Assembly: GCA_043228905.1 (NCBI GenBank)
Contig: JBHGNT010000012.1
Coordinates: 9,300,001 to 9,364,000, forward strand
Direction of reading: 5' to 3'
DNA length: 64,000 nt
Origin: Azolla caroliniana
Lineage: Eukaryota; Plantae; Polypodiophyta
Position numbers and translations under genes: made by a program. Below the pieces are notes generated by a model, which had not been told where the DNA came from, searched no databases, and was given only the letters and a program-made list of their open reading frames with translations. Positions within the stretch are counted from its first letter, which is position 1, and each line of letters begins with the position of its first letter. This document shows positions 12,981 to 27,406 of this stretch, one piece after another.

Positions 12981-14039
12981 TATTTGAGGGTTGTTAAATC
13001 ACATAAGGTCAATAGGTAGAATCAATATAATATATATTTGAGAGGTGTTAAATTGTGTGAGGTGAATAGGTAGGAAAGGTCAAAATATGGAGGTAAAAAT
13101 AATTGACAATGTTAAAAATATGGATGTAAAGCTACATATGAGGGTAGTTAGATGAGGTCTGAAGCCACTCTGACAACGTGGTCACGGCCCGCTTATGCTT
13201 TTGGCGAAAATGGTGGAACACGCCAATCGTAACGCAAGGAGGAAACGGTCTGAACTAGAACTAACAACCCCCATGCTAGTTGTTTATTACTCACCTCTCA
13301 CCCTCTCTCCGTTGAAGGCCACAAGATCAGGCCACAAAATTACCAAAAAAACTCATTGCACGTTGGAGGTGAAGAAGGTAGTGATGCCCATAGATGTCGA
13401 TCTTCTATTGTTGCACAAGAAATCGCCAATGGAGGAAGTAAGGAAGGATTGAATCATGTTCTCAAAGTTTAGCTCCATGCAATCTTTGATTCTTCCCATT
13501 TCCTTCCCTCTTCTCACTCTCAAAATGTGAGTGTATGTATATACATTTATTATGACACTCTATCCACACTAGAAGAAGATTAAGAAAAATAACATTTGAG
13601 CATCCATGGCCCATCCACACTTACATAAAAAGAAGATTTGGTCATGTGACGCAATTTATATCCGTTCCAACGACTGGCCCATAGCTCCAATTTTTCTTTC
13701 ACTACTATAGAATAAGGGCATACAAATTTACATTACTATGCCCATGAATAACCTTGTCGGTTCTATACCTCACTAAATTTGTAAATGCAATGCAGTAAAA
13801 AAATATCACTTTTACTAAAAATTGAAAATTTGTTTTAAATGTGTATGTGTAAAAAAACTACAAATAAATCAAATTAACAATTTAAAATTGTGGTTTTCAA
13901 AAGCATGTAGATTTGTGCAAGTATATACATTTGTATGTATGTAGCTTCGTCTCGTGGTCTTTCGATGCCAAATTAAAGACCATCTACTATAAGATTATGG
14001 GAGTAAACATAAAGATAAATGCTTCGTTCTCTAGGAACC

Positions 14040-14940
14040 TCAACTCATTCCATAGTCATTTCTTGTGCCCTTTCCATGCAGAATAGAAGATAATCCAAAA
14101 ATATGATGGAACCAAACAAAACAATTTGTGCTTCATTCTCCAGGAATCTCAATCATTGGAAGATCCTATAGTAGCAGTGGTTCCATATATGCCATGTTGC
14201 AAGGCCTTCAAGTGTGGTCCATAATGACTTCAACTTTGTTGACTTTGTTGACTATGTTTGTCAAGAAGATGGAGAATTAGTTGTCGTGATTGTTCCCCGC
14301 TCTAGTTGCATGAAGGGGCCTAATTTGTTGAATTGGGGAAATCATGATTCTTGGTCCATCATGAGGCATTGGGCCCTCACCCATGAGACCTCCCCATAAC
14401 CTCCAATACAGGCTAGTATTCATAAAGTTCGTTTCCTTACTTCCAGTGCGTGTATGCAAGACCACGTGCAGTGCTAAGATGATTTAGTTCCTTTAGTTGG
14501 GTCCAGTCCACATTTGTTGCTCCATTCCCTGGTTGGAAGGGCACAACGGCTAAGTAGCCAGGAAAATGATTTTGTTTTTTACGGGAGATAGGCAATCCAT
14601 AAATTTTTCTAGAACCTATCCAAGAATTGTCATGCACTTTGTGTGATGCCCACCGATTTTGAATTAGGTTTATAGCTGCCAACTTTTGGACTAGTAGGCA
14701 GCTTCTTATGCTCATAGTATAGGTGAAGAACTGCTTTTTCTTCTAATTAGGCATGTTCCCGTGATATACTAAAGGATCCCAATCGAGATTTTCTAGTAGG
14801 AAATTGTCGTAAATCCATGCCTTATAATCTTCCTCCCAGCTCTCTAGTTCAAGGTCGACATGCCATTTCTTTTCCATGCATGTGATGATTCGAATGGGGT
14901 ACCAGTTCACTTCCGCTTCATTTGAAGAATCCAGGTGCAT
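14040..14940 (-). pseudogene. Decayed non-LTR retrotransposon (L1-like LINE) ORF2 C-terminus, zf-RVT region
   Basis: Manual translation gives KNLWIAYLP*KTKSFSWLLSRCALPTREW (zf-RVT-like) and, downstream, SLWTTLEGLATWHIWNHCYYRIFQ (W-x-IW-xx-R/C motif of plant L1 ends). Boundaries are approximate. Confidence 0.62.
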
Positions 14941-16109
14941 TTACAAAAAATCACCATTCACTTTCCTGTCTTTTATGGTGACCATTTCACCATCTCTCAT
15001 GAGGAAACCAAGCCACGTATCATTTGTAGTTTGTGCCGTGTTGGGTTCACTATCTCATTCTCTGTCAGTTGTAATTTCGTAACGTGTCGTGAGTCTCCAA
15101 TCTCGAAGCATCTCCAGTCTCAAAGCGTCCAACTATTAGGGTGAAAGCATGGGAATGGGAACAATTAGCAGTGTCCTGGACATAACTAATTAGCTATGCA
15201 AAAAGTTGAATGTGATTTAGTTGCTAGCCACTGCATCTACATCTAAGGCATTGTTGTTTCTGATAGTCATCACCGCCACCACACTCGCTTACTTGCAACA
15301 ACTGTTCCCGATGGCGGTTGCAATCGTCGTCTTCTCATTAGCGTTCACTCCATTGCAAACGATCGCTTACCGCTATTGTGTGCTCTGGCAACCGGTGGGA
15401 TCATTCTTTACAATTACCCTCTTGCATGTGGTATAGTCATTTATGTCTCATGTTCTAATTAGTTAGTTGATGCAGATGTCAAACCAGATGGAAGGGGAAG
15501 GAGGGTGTTTATCAACAACCATCATGGATCATCATCAAGAAAGGGTTTTGGCTATTACTACACAACAAGCAATACGAAAGTATTGGGTAGGAAAAAGAAA
15601 AAGGAAACATCTACAAATGTTAAAGGATAAGGTAGACACCTCAACTGAAGGTAAGGATAGTATTGGTTGTGATGTAGATTTGAATATCACGGAGAATGGA
15701 AGTTTGGAAACTAGCATCATAGAGAGGAAGGTTGTAGACTATTTCAATAATTTGATCAAGCACATTAGGAGACAAGAAGGTAATACTTAATGGAATATTA
15801 AATGATCCATCGATAAAAGATAGAGTTGATTTTGATGGTCTCAATGGAGATGTAACAAATGTACTAGTAAATAATCACAGTAATAGTTTAGTCAACATGA
15901 GCAAGTGAGAAGATGCTCTTGTCTTAAAAAGGTCTAGTTTTAATGATGTTAGTTAATAGTGATGTTGAACATCTTAACATCAATATGCTATCTAAGGTAA
16001 TTGGTGTTAGTTAATTTCAGGTGGTGACGGAAGTAGTCTGTTAAAGCTAACCACAAGATGTAAGCCAATGACACCAATAACATCAGAAATCAAGGACATA
16101 ATCACCACA

Positions 16110-16309
16110 TTTGTATAATGAGAGTAAGGGTTCACCCAATAAGAAGTATTTGTGCGTCTGTGAACTCCTGTGGTTTTGTCTCTCGAGGTTTTCCACGTTA
16201 ACATCCGGTGTCGTCTCATTCCTGTGTAAGTGTATCAATATCTACATTCCGTTTTGTTTCTTCCATTGTACGTTTGGATCTCAGTTGTGGCCGAGAACGA
16301 TTCCTTACA
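16110..16309 (+). repeat. Relic LTR 3' end related to the C2 LTR, opposite orientation
   Basis: Diverged reverse complement of 16370-16540 (GGTTTTCCACGT..AACAT...TTCTTCCAT...TTCCTTACA). Left boundary uncertain. Confidence 0.7.
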
Positions 16310-19300
16310 TGACATTGTCGGTGAGCTGTGGCACAAGAGGTTGTGTCACATGAGTGAGAAAGGGATGTTTGTACGGAATAATGCTCGGCGACAACCGAGT
16401 CTTAATCGCTCTATGGAAGAAACAGAACAAAAATAAAGATTAATGCAATTACACACAATGAAACGACGTTGTATGTTTACGTGGAAAACGCCTTGACACA
16501 AAACCACAAGAGTTCATAGACTCCGAACAGGATGACTATAGGGCAGAGGTACTACAATGTGAAACTCAGAGGCAACGACCTTGAGCTCTGTCTTCGGCGT
16601 TTGCCAGCTAGCGGTTACAATAGAAAAGCTTTTTGTATCTCTCTCTCTCTTTTTCTCTCTCCCTCTCTCTATACAACAATAATGATAACAACTACTACTA
16701 CCATATTTGCCCTAAGTTATATTTATACTAATATAACTTACAGGCTATTTTTGAATGTGGCCTCAACAGCCCATAAGAAACATATTTACAAATCTATCTC
16801 TCTTCATGGTTCATACCGGATCCGGCCAGACCCCTTCGGGGTCCATCCGATCTGGTTTCTGGATATCCTTTTGGTCACTCCAACCTGGTTCACCTTCTTC
16901 TTCGGCTTCTCCAATCTCCATCTGGAGGGACCGATATCTCAACAATCTTCCCCTTCACTCCGGTATGGAGTCGGCATCAGTCTGATCCGTCACCAGCACA
17001 CGTCCATCTTGTCGGTTGACAACACCTTGATCAACATATCTGACCCGTTCTCCTCCGTATGGATCTTCGTTAGCGAAAATTCTTTATCTTCTACCTTCTG
17101 CCAGAGCTAGTGACATCTCCTCTGGATGTGCTTAGTCCGGGAGTGGTAGGCCGCATTCTTTGCAAGGTGCAAGGTATTCCTCTTGCTGGATTCCCAGTTC
17201 TTTGATGAAGTCCTTCATCCAAATTACTTCCTTGTCGGCTTCCACGACGGCCATGTACTCAACTTCTGTTGTCGACAGTGCTACGGATTTCTGCAGCCTC
17301 GAGCACTACGATTCAGCTCCCCCTGCATATGTCATGACGTATCTAGATGTAGACCGATTGGTATTTTCATCAGCCGACATGTCAGAATCGATGAAGCTTT
17401 CCAATAAGGGTTTATCGAAGCCGAATTGGAGGCACATAGTAGAGGTGCCTTTCAGGTACCGGAGTATCCACTTGATAGCGGCCCAATGTTCTCTTCCCGG
17501 ATTGCTCATGAAACGGCTGACCACGCCGACTGCATATCTAATATCGGCAATGTAGACACCACAACGTACATGAGGCTTCCAATTGTAGAGGCATATAGTA
17601 TCTTAATCATTTCGGACTTGTCTACCTTTGTCTTCGGGTTTTGCTTTCCAGATAGTTTCCAATTTTCTGGAAGTGTCGATCTGACTGGTTTAGCATCCGA
17701 CATGTTGAACCTTTGAAGCACCTTTTCATGTACTTCTCCTGTGACAGTCACAACAGTTTCTTCTACCGGTCCTGGATTATGTGCATCCCCAAAATCTGTC
17801 TCACCGGACCAATATCTTTCATTGTGAATGACCGGCTCAAGGCCTTCTTCAGAATTCCAATTTTGATACGGTCTCGTCCGATTATCAACATGTCGTCCAT
17901 GTATAACAGTAGTATCAGGAAGTCTCCTCTATCAAACTTCTTCACGAATACGCAGTGCTCAGTCTGTGTCTTGTGGTATCCTTGATCGATCATGAAGGAG
18001 TCAAACTTCTGGTACCATTGTCGGGGGCCTTGCTTCAGTCTGGACAAGCTCTTCTTTAACCGGCACACCAAGTTCTCCTTCTCTTTCTTGACAAATCCGT
18101 CTGGCTATTGCATGTAGATCTCTTCTTCGAGGTCTCCATGTAGGAACACCATCTTGATGTCTAGTTGCTCTATCTGTGGTTCATGCTCGTCGCTATGCTC
18201 ATCACTGTCCGGATGGATACCATCTTGACTACCGTAGCAAATATCTCGTCTAAATCCACTCCTTTCTTATGTTGAAATCCCTTCACCATGATCCGGGCTT
18301 TGTATCTTGGTGGATTTCCTGCATCTCCCGGTTTCAGCTTGTACACCCACTTGTTTCGGAATGCGCTCTTTCCTTTCGGCAACTCTGTTAGTTCATATAT
18401 TTAGTTCTCATGCAAGAAATCCATCTCATCCGGCATGACACTTAACCACTTGCGGTTGTGGGTGTCTTTCTCTGCTTCTTCGAGGCTTTCCGGATCCCCC
18501 TCGTCAGCTAGAAAGACACACTCTGCATCTGGAAATCTCCAGGGAGCTCTTCTCTCTCTGAGAGGATGTCTCCGTCCTTGGTTTTCACAACCTGCTCCTC
18601 CATCAGTTCTTCATCTGAATCCAATTAAGCGGCCTTGTCCGGTCCCGGTCTCCAATTCTACTTCTTCAGTGGATTCGGTTCTTTGTTCAAATCCGGCAAG
18701 TTCATCATGGTCTTCGGCTGACATCTCGCTTCCGACTGGATGTCTCCTTGCATCTTCCAACCGATCTCTATCGGTCGACCGGAATCCATTGTCTTCTTCA
18801 CTGACTCCCAGTCGGCAATGGTCTTGTCTTCCATGAAGACAATGTCTCGACTCCTGAAAACCTTATTGTCCACCAAGTCCCAAGGAATATGCATTGTCGA
18901 GACTTTGGGTCCAACTTCTCTCTCTTGTCCTTTGCTACATGCACGTTGGTGATACAACCGAATGCCTTCACATGTTGATATGAAACATCTTTACCAGTCC
19001 ATACTCTCTGTGGTGTGTCTCCATCCAAGGATGCTAAGGGTGATCTGTTTATCACATAGGTTGTCATCATCAACGCCTCAACCCAAAACGTCTTGGGCAG
19101 CTTAGCATGTGCCAACCTGCTCCGGACTCTCTCTATCACAGTATGGTTCATCGTTTCGGCCAATCCGTTCAGCTCCGGTGTCTTTGGCACGGTGAGTTTG
19201 AATCGGATTCCCTTCGACTGGCAGTACTCCTCAAACTGCCCCTACTATTCACCTCCATTGTCCGCTCTAACTGACTTCAGCTTCCAGCCATTTTCTCTTT

Positions 19301-21387
19301 CCACTCTTGCGTGGAACTCCTAGAAGACGGATAATACCTAGTCCTTCGTCGTTAGCAGTGAGACCCACAACTTCCAACTGTGGTCATCTATGAACGCCAC
19401 GAAGTACTGCGACCCAGCATGTGACTTCGTGTCCACATGGCATACATCGGTATGCGCAAGCTCTAGTGGTTCTTTCCATCCTGTCAGTGGTCTCGACCGA
19501 AAAGAGGTCTGGTTCTGCTTGCCAGCCAAATTCTCAGTGCACTTCTCAAGTTGCACATCTTTCACCTCTGGAATGAGGTTATCTTCAGCAAGTCTCCACA
19601 TTCCTTTCTAGCTCATGTGGCGCAAGCTCTTGTGCCACAGCTATTACGGGCATGACCATTTAATATCCCGTGGTGAGAATTTACCGTAGTATTCTATACA
19701 CGTGGATAAGTGTGAGGGTTAAACGAGAGTGTAAAGAAGGGGAGGATTACTTTTAATCCTCGGGATTGAGACAACCCATTAGGTCAAGTGTGAACTTGCT
19801 TGGGGGCCTTGGGTATCGCTATAAATAAGAGGCCTAACTACCCTCATTTGATCATCTTTTGACTACACCGAGACTCTGCTCTTGTGGTGGGTCAACTCTT
19901 GTAGTGAGCGCGCCAACACCAGGTACGACTCGACGCCACGGCGGTGGTATGGGACGCCGATCGAGGCTCGAGTCCATCTCGATCCCTTCGCTCGGGGCTG
20001 GTCGGGTGGATCGGCACCCCTCTTTCTCTTTCTCCTTTCTATCTATCATTAGTTTATCCTTATCTTAAGCTTACTTTAGTACCTAGATCTCTAATATTTG
20101 GTATCAGAGCTATGTACTAATGTTTCTTTGTTTGTCTTTTGTCTTTTGATTGATGGTGATCGATCGATGTGCGGTCGGCCTTGATCCAGACAACGATCAA
20201 CAAAGAACTTCGGTAACTCTTTCCGTAATTTTTTATTTTTTTTCTATTCTCTCTTCTCCCATCTAATCATGTGTTTAGTTTATATATCATTTTTCTTCAT
20301 TAAGTCAATGATGTTGTAGTGGTCTTTAATTGATTATCTAAAACGTTTACATATGTGCACGAGGTCAATACCTCGTTTGACATATAAATAATATGTGATG
20401 AGTGTCGTATGCGTACGAGGTTAATACCTCAATTACGTATTATGTTCACGAACATATGTTACGTTTGCGTATGAGCTTAATACCTTGATTTGTTGTAAAG
20501 GATATGTGTTTGGTCTCGTATGCATAAGAGGTCAATACCTCAATTGCGTATTACGATGATCTCTTATTTCTGGATGTTTCGTGTGCGTAGAGGTATATAC
20601 CTCGATTACGTATCTCGATCACATCATTTGTGGCTATTTAATATAATGATATGTTTAATATAGGCATATGTGGTCACGTATATATGTGATAAGTAACCAC
20701 ATGTGTATATTCGTTATTACGTGATTATATCGAAAGTTGTCCTTGTCGGGAAAAGGATATTGCTGGCCGTCCTCACATTTTTGTGAGAATGGCGTTGTCA
20801 CCATCCCTTTTTCAACAATTTTTTATTGTTGACAACCCCATTGATGACCTCGATTTCGTTACGTAAAGAAATGCCTATAGCCATAATGATGTTGAGTACG
20901 TAGGGCTTGACCCACTTCAAGTGAGGTCGCTCCAATGACACACGTATCCAACATCCCTCCCTCGTTACATGGATACGATGCCACCATGAGCTCGTTCTTA
21001 CGAGAGGCATTCGTAATGACATGACCATGTGATGGGCCACGTGGGCCTATTACAAAACGAGGGCTCATTTGGCTTGACCATTAGGTTGCACTTTGGCGTA
21101 TGCCATCGTAATTACGAGACTTGAGGTTAGGTAACGTACCAACATAGTTTTGGTAAATGAGGGCGAAATAAGGACCCTTGACATATTTGTTCTTTTAAAA
21201 AAAAACATATATGATCAAATGCCTCGCATATCTCTTATATGCATCATTTGAGAAGAGCAACTTACTTGGTTGGCTCAAGTGTTTAATGTATTTGTTCTCG
21301 AGGTCTCGAGTTCAAATATGACCAAGCCCATACAACATCCTTGATACATATGACTATAACACATGTTTAGACTTAAGGTCTAAGTGC

Positions 21388-21977
21388 ACCTCGGGGTGCT
21401 CGTAATAGGACTTAAAGAGCCGAAACCATATATGTGGACAAAGAAACATAATTTATTGTTAACATTTTTTTCGTGTATAAACTACTCATGACGCGAACAT
21501 ACATGGTTGAGCCTCGGGGAGCCGCCATGAAAAAATCGATATAGAGATCAGGGAAAGACATTAAATTGTCACCCCCATGGTTTTTAAAACACCTTTGTGT
21601 TACCATAGTAACCTAATCTTGAACCTCATCTCATACGTCTAGAGGGGTATTGACGTGAGATCATGATATTGATTAATGTTTAGACCTCGGGGTGCTCGTA
21701 ATAGGACTTAAAGAGCCGAAACCATATATGTGGACAAAGAAACATAATTTATTGTTAACATTTTTTTCGTGTATAAACTACTCATGACGCGAACATACAT
21801 GGTTGAGCCTCGGGGAGCCGCCATGAAAAAATCGATATAGAGATCAGGGAAAGACATTAAATTGTCACCCCCATGGTTTTTAAAACACCTTTGTGTTACC
21901 ATAGTAACCTAATCTTGAACCTCATCTCATACGTCTAGAGGGGTATTGACGTGAGATCATGATATTGATTAATGTTT
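21388..21977 (+). repeat. 296-bp tandem duplication in the A3 leader
   Basis: 21388-21681 is repeated at 21684-21977 and appears identical. Single copy in A1 and A2. Confidence 0.95.
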
Positions 21978-22066
21978 GCCCATGATATGTTTACATCACG
22001 ACATGATGTTATGACTATCTCTCCTCTCTGACCTTATCCTATTTCTTTTCCAGAAATAATCATTTA

Positions 22067-25000
22067 ATGGCTCAAAATAATGACTCGATGCCATCCGCTC
22101 AAGCGGAAGGAACTCAAGGAAATCCTCCTGGACAAATGTCCATTGAGATGTACTTTTCGCAAATAACCCAATACCTTAGTTTCACCGCTCAACAGATGAC
22201 CGAACTTCGGCAATCTCAGAGTGCTCTGGAGGCACGTGTCATTAGTCTACAACGTGAGACTAATAGACTTGATCAGCGACAAGGTGAACCATCATTTGTC
22301 GTTAAGCCATCTACAGGAGACAAAAAGGAAAGAACCGAAGAAGCAATCTGCACGTGGCTGGGCCGATGGGAGTCTCATTTTGAGCTCTATCCCACGCCAG
22401 ATAGTACGAAGATTGCATATGTCGGCCGAGAACTCGGGGGTAAGGTTGCCACCTGGTGGCGTGGGCTCCGTACTATGGGGAAATTGCCCGATACCTGGAC
22501 AAATTTTGTCACGGTTTTTAAGGGCCAATTTCTGCAACCTCCCTCTCGAACCGAGGTAGCACAAGCTTTAATGAACCTCTCTAGCAGGAAATTTTCCTCG
22601 CTAGAAGACTATGTTCACCATGCTAGAACCCAAATCCAAAAATCGGGTATAGAATGGGACAATTGGTTGATAGCTTGTTTTCTCAATGGCATCCCCAATT
22701 CGGACTATCACTAGATAGTGCACGATAAGGATCCAAAATCCTTCGAAGAGGCCGTTGAAATAGTTCTTCGCTATCAACACACTTCGAAGAAGGACCACAA
22801 CAAACCCAACGAAGCGCCTGGGACTAAGCAGTCACAATTCGTTGGGAAACGCAAGACACCCAACGAATTCATGGATCGCGATTGTAAGCGACAACATCCT
22901 TTTTGCGTATTCTGCAAAAAGAAGGGTCATATAAAAGATCAATGTCGAAAGCTCCAACGGAAAGAGCACGACAACAAAGCTAAAGCTGCAGACCATAAAG
23001 GTCAGATTCCTAATGTCCTTCAGGTCTATACACATCATTTAAGTAATTGTCAATGTTCTTTCCCTCACTATGTATTGGGTCCCAATGATTTACTACGTGC
23101 AAACGGGTATATCAATGGATCTCCCGTACAAATTTTATTTGATTCGGGAAGCTCACACAATTTTGTGAATGATCGTTTGGTTCAGATATGGGGAATCCAA
23201 CCCACCGTATGTGATCACACCTACACGGTGCACTTGGCTGATGGAAGAGTACAATACATCAACGGGGCGATTCATTCATTAGGAATTTCTATTGATACTT
23301 ATATAGAGGAAGTAGACTTCCATGTAATGAATCTTTGTACCACCGATGTAATACTGGGTTATCCCTGGTTTTATAATAAAAACTCTTCTTTATCTATTGA
23401 TTGGGTTCATCATTCAATTACATTTGTACTGAACGATTGTACTCATTTTATTCAATGTGTAAAAAAACAATCCCTCTCAATTGTTTCCTCGTGTCCATCA
23501 ATATGTGAGTTGTCTTGTTCTACTCTATTTTATTATGTACTTGATTCGGACATTCACATTTATAATATCGATAATGTTTCGGTTCAATTAACATATTTTG
23601 AACAACAACAACTTGATGAAATCTTAAATGATTTTCGTGATGTTTTTCCGAGTGAACTACCAGATGGCTTATCTCCTAAACGTAATATAGACCATCGTAT
23701 AGATATTGTACCTGGTGTTGCACCAATAAGTATACCTCCTTATCGCTTAAGCCGATCCGAAGAGGATGAGGTATCTACGCAACTCAAGGACTATTTACGA
23801 ATGGGTTATATACGTTATAGTAAATCTCCATGGGGTGCACCAGTTCTCTTGGTTAAAAAGAAAGAGGGCACTTGGCGTATGTGTATTAATTACCGACGCT
23901 TAAATAAAGTGAGGATCAAGAATTCGTATCCATTGCCCCAGCCTGACGATCTAATTGACCGTCTCCAGGGAGCTCGGTATTTTACGAAACTTGATCTCAG
24001 TACGGGCTACCATCAAATACGAATAAGTGAGGACGATGTTCCTAAAACGGCTTTTGGTATGCGCTATGGCCATTACGAGTTTTTGGTTATGTCTTTTGGT
24101 TTGACCAATGCTCTGGCTACTTTTCAACAAGAAATGAATGACATTTTCCGAGAACAACTTAGAAAATTTGTCGTTATTTTCTTGGATGATATTTTAGTTT
24201 ATAGTCGTACATTAAAAGAACATGCTAGACATGTCCGCTTTGTTTTACAAACATTGCGTGACAAACAGTTTTATGTGAAGATCTCAAAATGTGAGTTCTT
24301 CAAGAAATCAATTACTTATCTAGGACATCTCATAACCGAACGAGGAGTTGAAATTGATCCTTCTCGCATTGAGAAAATCAAGCTTTGGCCCAGTCTTCGG
24401 AATATTCGAGAAGTTCGATCATTCCTTGGTTTTGTCGGGTTTTTGCAAAAATCTCTTCGTAATTATTCCCAATTGACGACGCCGTTTACTGATCTTTTAA
24501 AAGGTCAAACGAGTAAGTCTACAAAACCTATTGTGTGGAATGCTACACTAGACCACGCCTTTAAGGAACTCAAGGACCTAGTTTGCAAGGCTCCTTCACT
24601 TCTTTTACCTGATCCTTCAAAACTATTTGAGGTTGAAACCGATGCAAGTGATTATGCTATAGGTGTTCTCTTGTCTCAGGATGGTAAACCAATAGCATTC
24701 GAGAGTAAGAAACTTGATTCTACTCAATGTCGGTATACCGTTCAAGAAAAGGAATTATTTGCAGTTATACATGCGCTCAAAACATGGCGCCATTATCTTT
24801 ATGGAAATCGCTTTGTGGTAACTACAAACCACGAGTCCTTGAAATATTTTTGTGACCAACAAGACTTGAAAGATCGTAAGGCACGATGGGCTGATCTCAT
24901 CGAGGAATTTGATTTTTCCATACGATATCGTAAAGATTCCATGAACACTGTCGTTGATGCACTAAGTCGCATCCCTGAAGTTAACATGCTTAGCTTCACT

Positions 25001-26500
25001 GAAATAACATCAGATCTTTATGATCACCTTCGAGGAAAGTATCCTGATGACAGTTATTTTGCAAAATACTGGGCAAGAGTTGAGTCTGGAACAGAGACCA
25101 CCACATCCTCGAAGGAATACTTCCACATTGCTAACAGTTTGCTCTACCGTAATGGGAAGGATTGTCTTCCAGATTTACACGAGGTCAAAAAGACGATTCT
25201 TTTTTAATGCCATGATGCACCCTCAGCAGGGCACCTTGGAATACATCGTACACTCGTTCTCATCTCCACTCAATTTTATTGGCCTAAGATGTGTCCTGAC
25301 ATACATAGCTATGTGACTAAATGTCACCAATGTTTGGTTAACAAAGCCGAGCGACTTCAAGCTGCAGGACTTTTACATCCCTTGGAAATTCCCAATAATA
25401 AGTGGGAAATATATCCATGGATTTTATTGTTAGCCTTCCTCGCACCCAAAAAGGTCATGTTGCTGTCTGGGTTGTCGTTGATCGACTATCTAAAATGGCC
25501 AGATTTATTGCTACTAAAACCACGGTAACAGCTCCTAAATTGGCTTACCAATTCGTTGACGAATTGTTTCGTTTTTATGGGTTACCAATGGATATCGTGA
25601 GTGATCGAGATCCAAAGTTTACTAGTGACTTCTGGACGCAAGTCTTTAAGAAGTTAGAAACTATGTTGAGCATGAGCTCCACGGATCATCCTCAATCCGA
25701 TGAACAGACAGAACAACGAAATCAAATTATTGAGGACATGCTTCGAGCATATGTTGGTGCAAAACCAACAAAATGGGAACGTTATCTCCCAATTTTGGAG
25801 TTTGCTTATAACAGCTCCAAGCATACGTCGACGGGATATAGTCCTTTTATGTTGATGTATGGTTTTTAAGCCACGAGCCCCGATTGATGTTAATATACAT
25901 CATGATGAGTTGCGAAGTACACAAAACTTTCTTCGGGATATGCAAGATATGTTGCATATTGCACGAGATAATATAAAAACAGCTCAAGATAGAGCGCGTT
26001 TTTATGCCGATCATCATAGGCAACCTCGTGTATTCAACCCTGGACAGAAGGTATTTTTACGTGTACCTCACAATTCTAAGACATTGTCTACGGGAAAGTG
26101 CGCTAAGTTAGCCCCACGGTTTTGTGGACCTTTTACAGTCCTCAAACGCATTGGGTCATCAGCCTATCGTCTTGCTCTTCCCAATAGTGTTGGAATTCAT
26201 CCAGTCTTTCATGTGAGTTGTCTAAAAGAACTTCTAGGTTCTGGCGACAATACAGTTACAACTAAAACACTGGTTACTTCTAAAGAATTACCTTCTAAAC
26301 CACATGTACCAGAAAGAATTCTCGATGTTAAAACAAAAAAATTACGTACTAAAGAAATCCGAGAATTTAAAATAAAATGGATGGATAAATCAGTAAAAGA
26401 TGCCACATGGGAATGCAAAAATACTCTCAGAACTAACTTCCCTGACTTTCCATTGCAAGAGTGCAATGTTTTAAAGAGGGGGAGTATGTTACAGGCATGA
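22067..26500 (+). pseudogene. pol: A3 gag-pol (gag, PR, RT, RNase H, IN, chromodomain) with a few stops and frameshifts
   Basis: [20 protein letters not shown], RNase [27 protein letters not shown] motif, C-terminal chromodomain. Breaks at 22712, 25205, ~25405 and ~25867. Confidence 0.95.
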
Positions 26501-27406
26501 CCATTTAATATCCCGTGGTGAGAATTTACCGGAGTATTCTATACACGTGGATAAGTGTGAGGGTTAAACAAGAGTGTAAAGAAGGGGAGGATTACTTTTA
26601 ATCCTCGGGATTGACACATCCCATTAGGTCAAGTGTGAACTTGCTTGGGGGCCTTGGGTATCGCTATAAATAAGAGGCCTAGCTACCCTCATTTGATCAT
26701 CTTTTGACTACATCGAGACTCTACTCTTGTGGTGGGTCAACTCTTGTAGCGAGCGCGCCAGCACCAGGTACGACTTGACGCCACGGCAGTGGTATGGGAC
26801 GCCGATCGAGGCTCAAGTCCGTCTCGATCCCTTCGCTCGGGGGTGGTCGGGTTGATCGGCACCCTTCTTTCTCTTTCTCCTTTCTATCTATCATTAGTTT
26901 ATCCTTATCTTAAGCTTACTTTAGTACCTTGATCTTGTTATTCTCTGACCGGACAAGGCCTAACACAAGGTGTCACGGAGACACTTCACCAAAGGGTGAT
27001 TACGGCATAGGATTAAGATTCAACGATTACACTGACTTACGTAGGTTACACGATTAGAGTGCTTTAGTTAATTACACGCGTAAGATATAACAGTAATTAC
27101 AGAACGGAAATCAACACAGAAGTATAAACACCATATGCTCTATTAATTATCCGCTGCGATTACAATGGGGTCCGGGCCTTTAAATAGGTTTCCGGCCCGT
27201 AGTACAAAACGGTGCCTATCGCACCTATCCGGGATCCGTCCGGATCTGGAACGGCATACCATTTCCAGTCCGTCCGTCCACACTATTCTTATTTACAACC
27301 ATACTTAATTAATTCCTTCACTCCGTATTTTGGACTTCTTGCCGGCCGGTAACACATGGCACGCCCGTGGGACAGTACCTTGTACGTCGAACCCTTCTCG
27401 GCCCCT

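Noticed and set aside
12981-16110. Host gene in the non-LTR interval (ORFs 13195-13452, 15221-15436, 15467-15790)
   Set aside because: The ORFs are short with no motif or exon structure I can support. Only the LINE remnant is recognisable.
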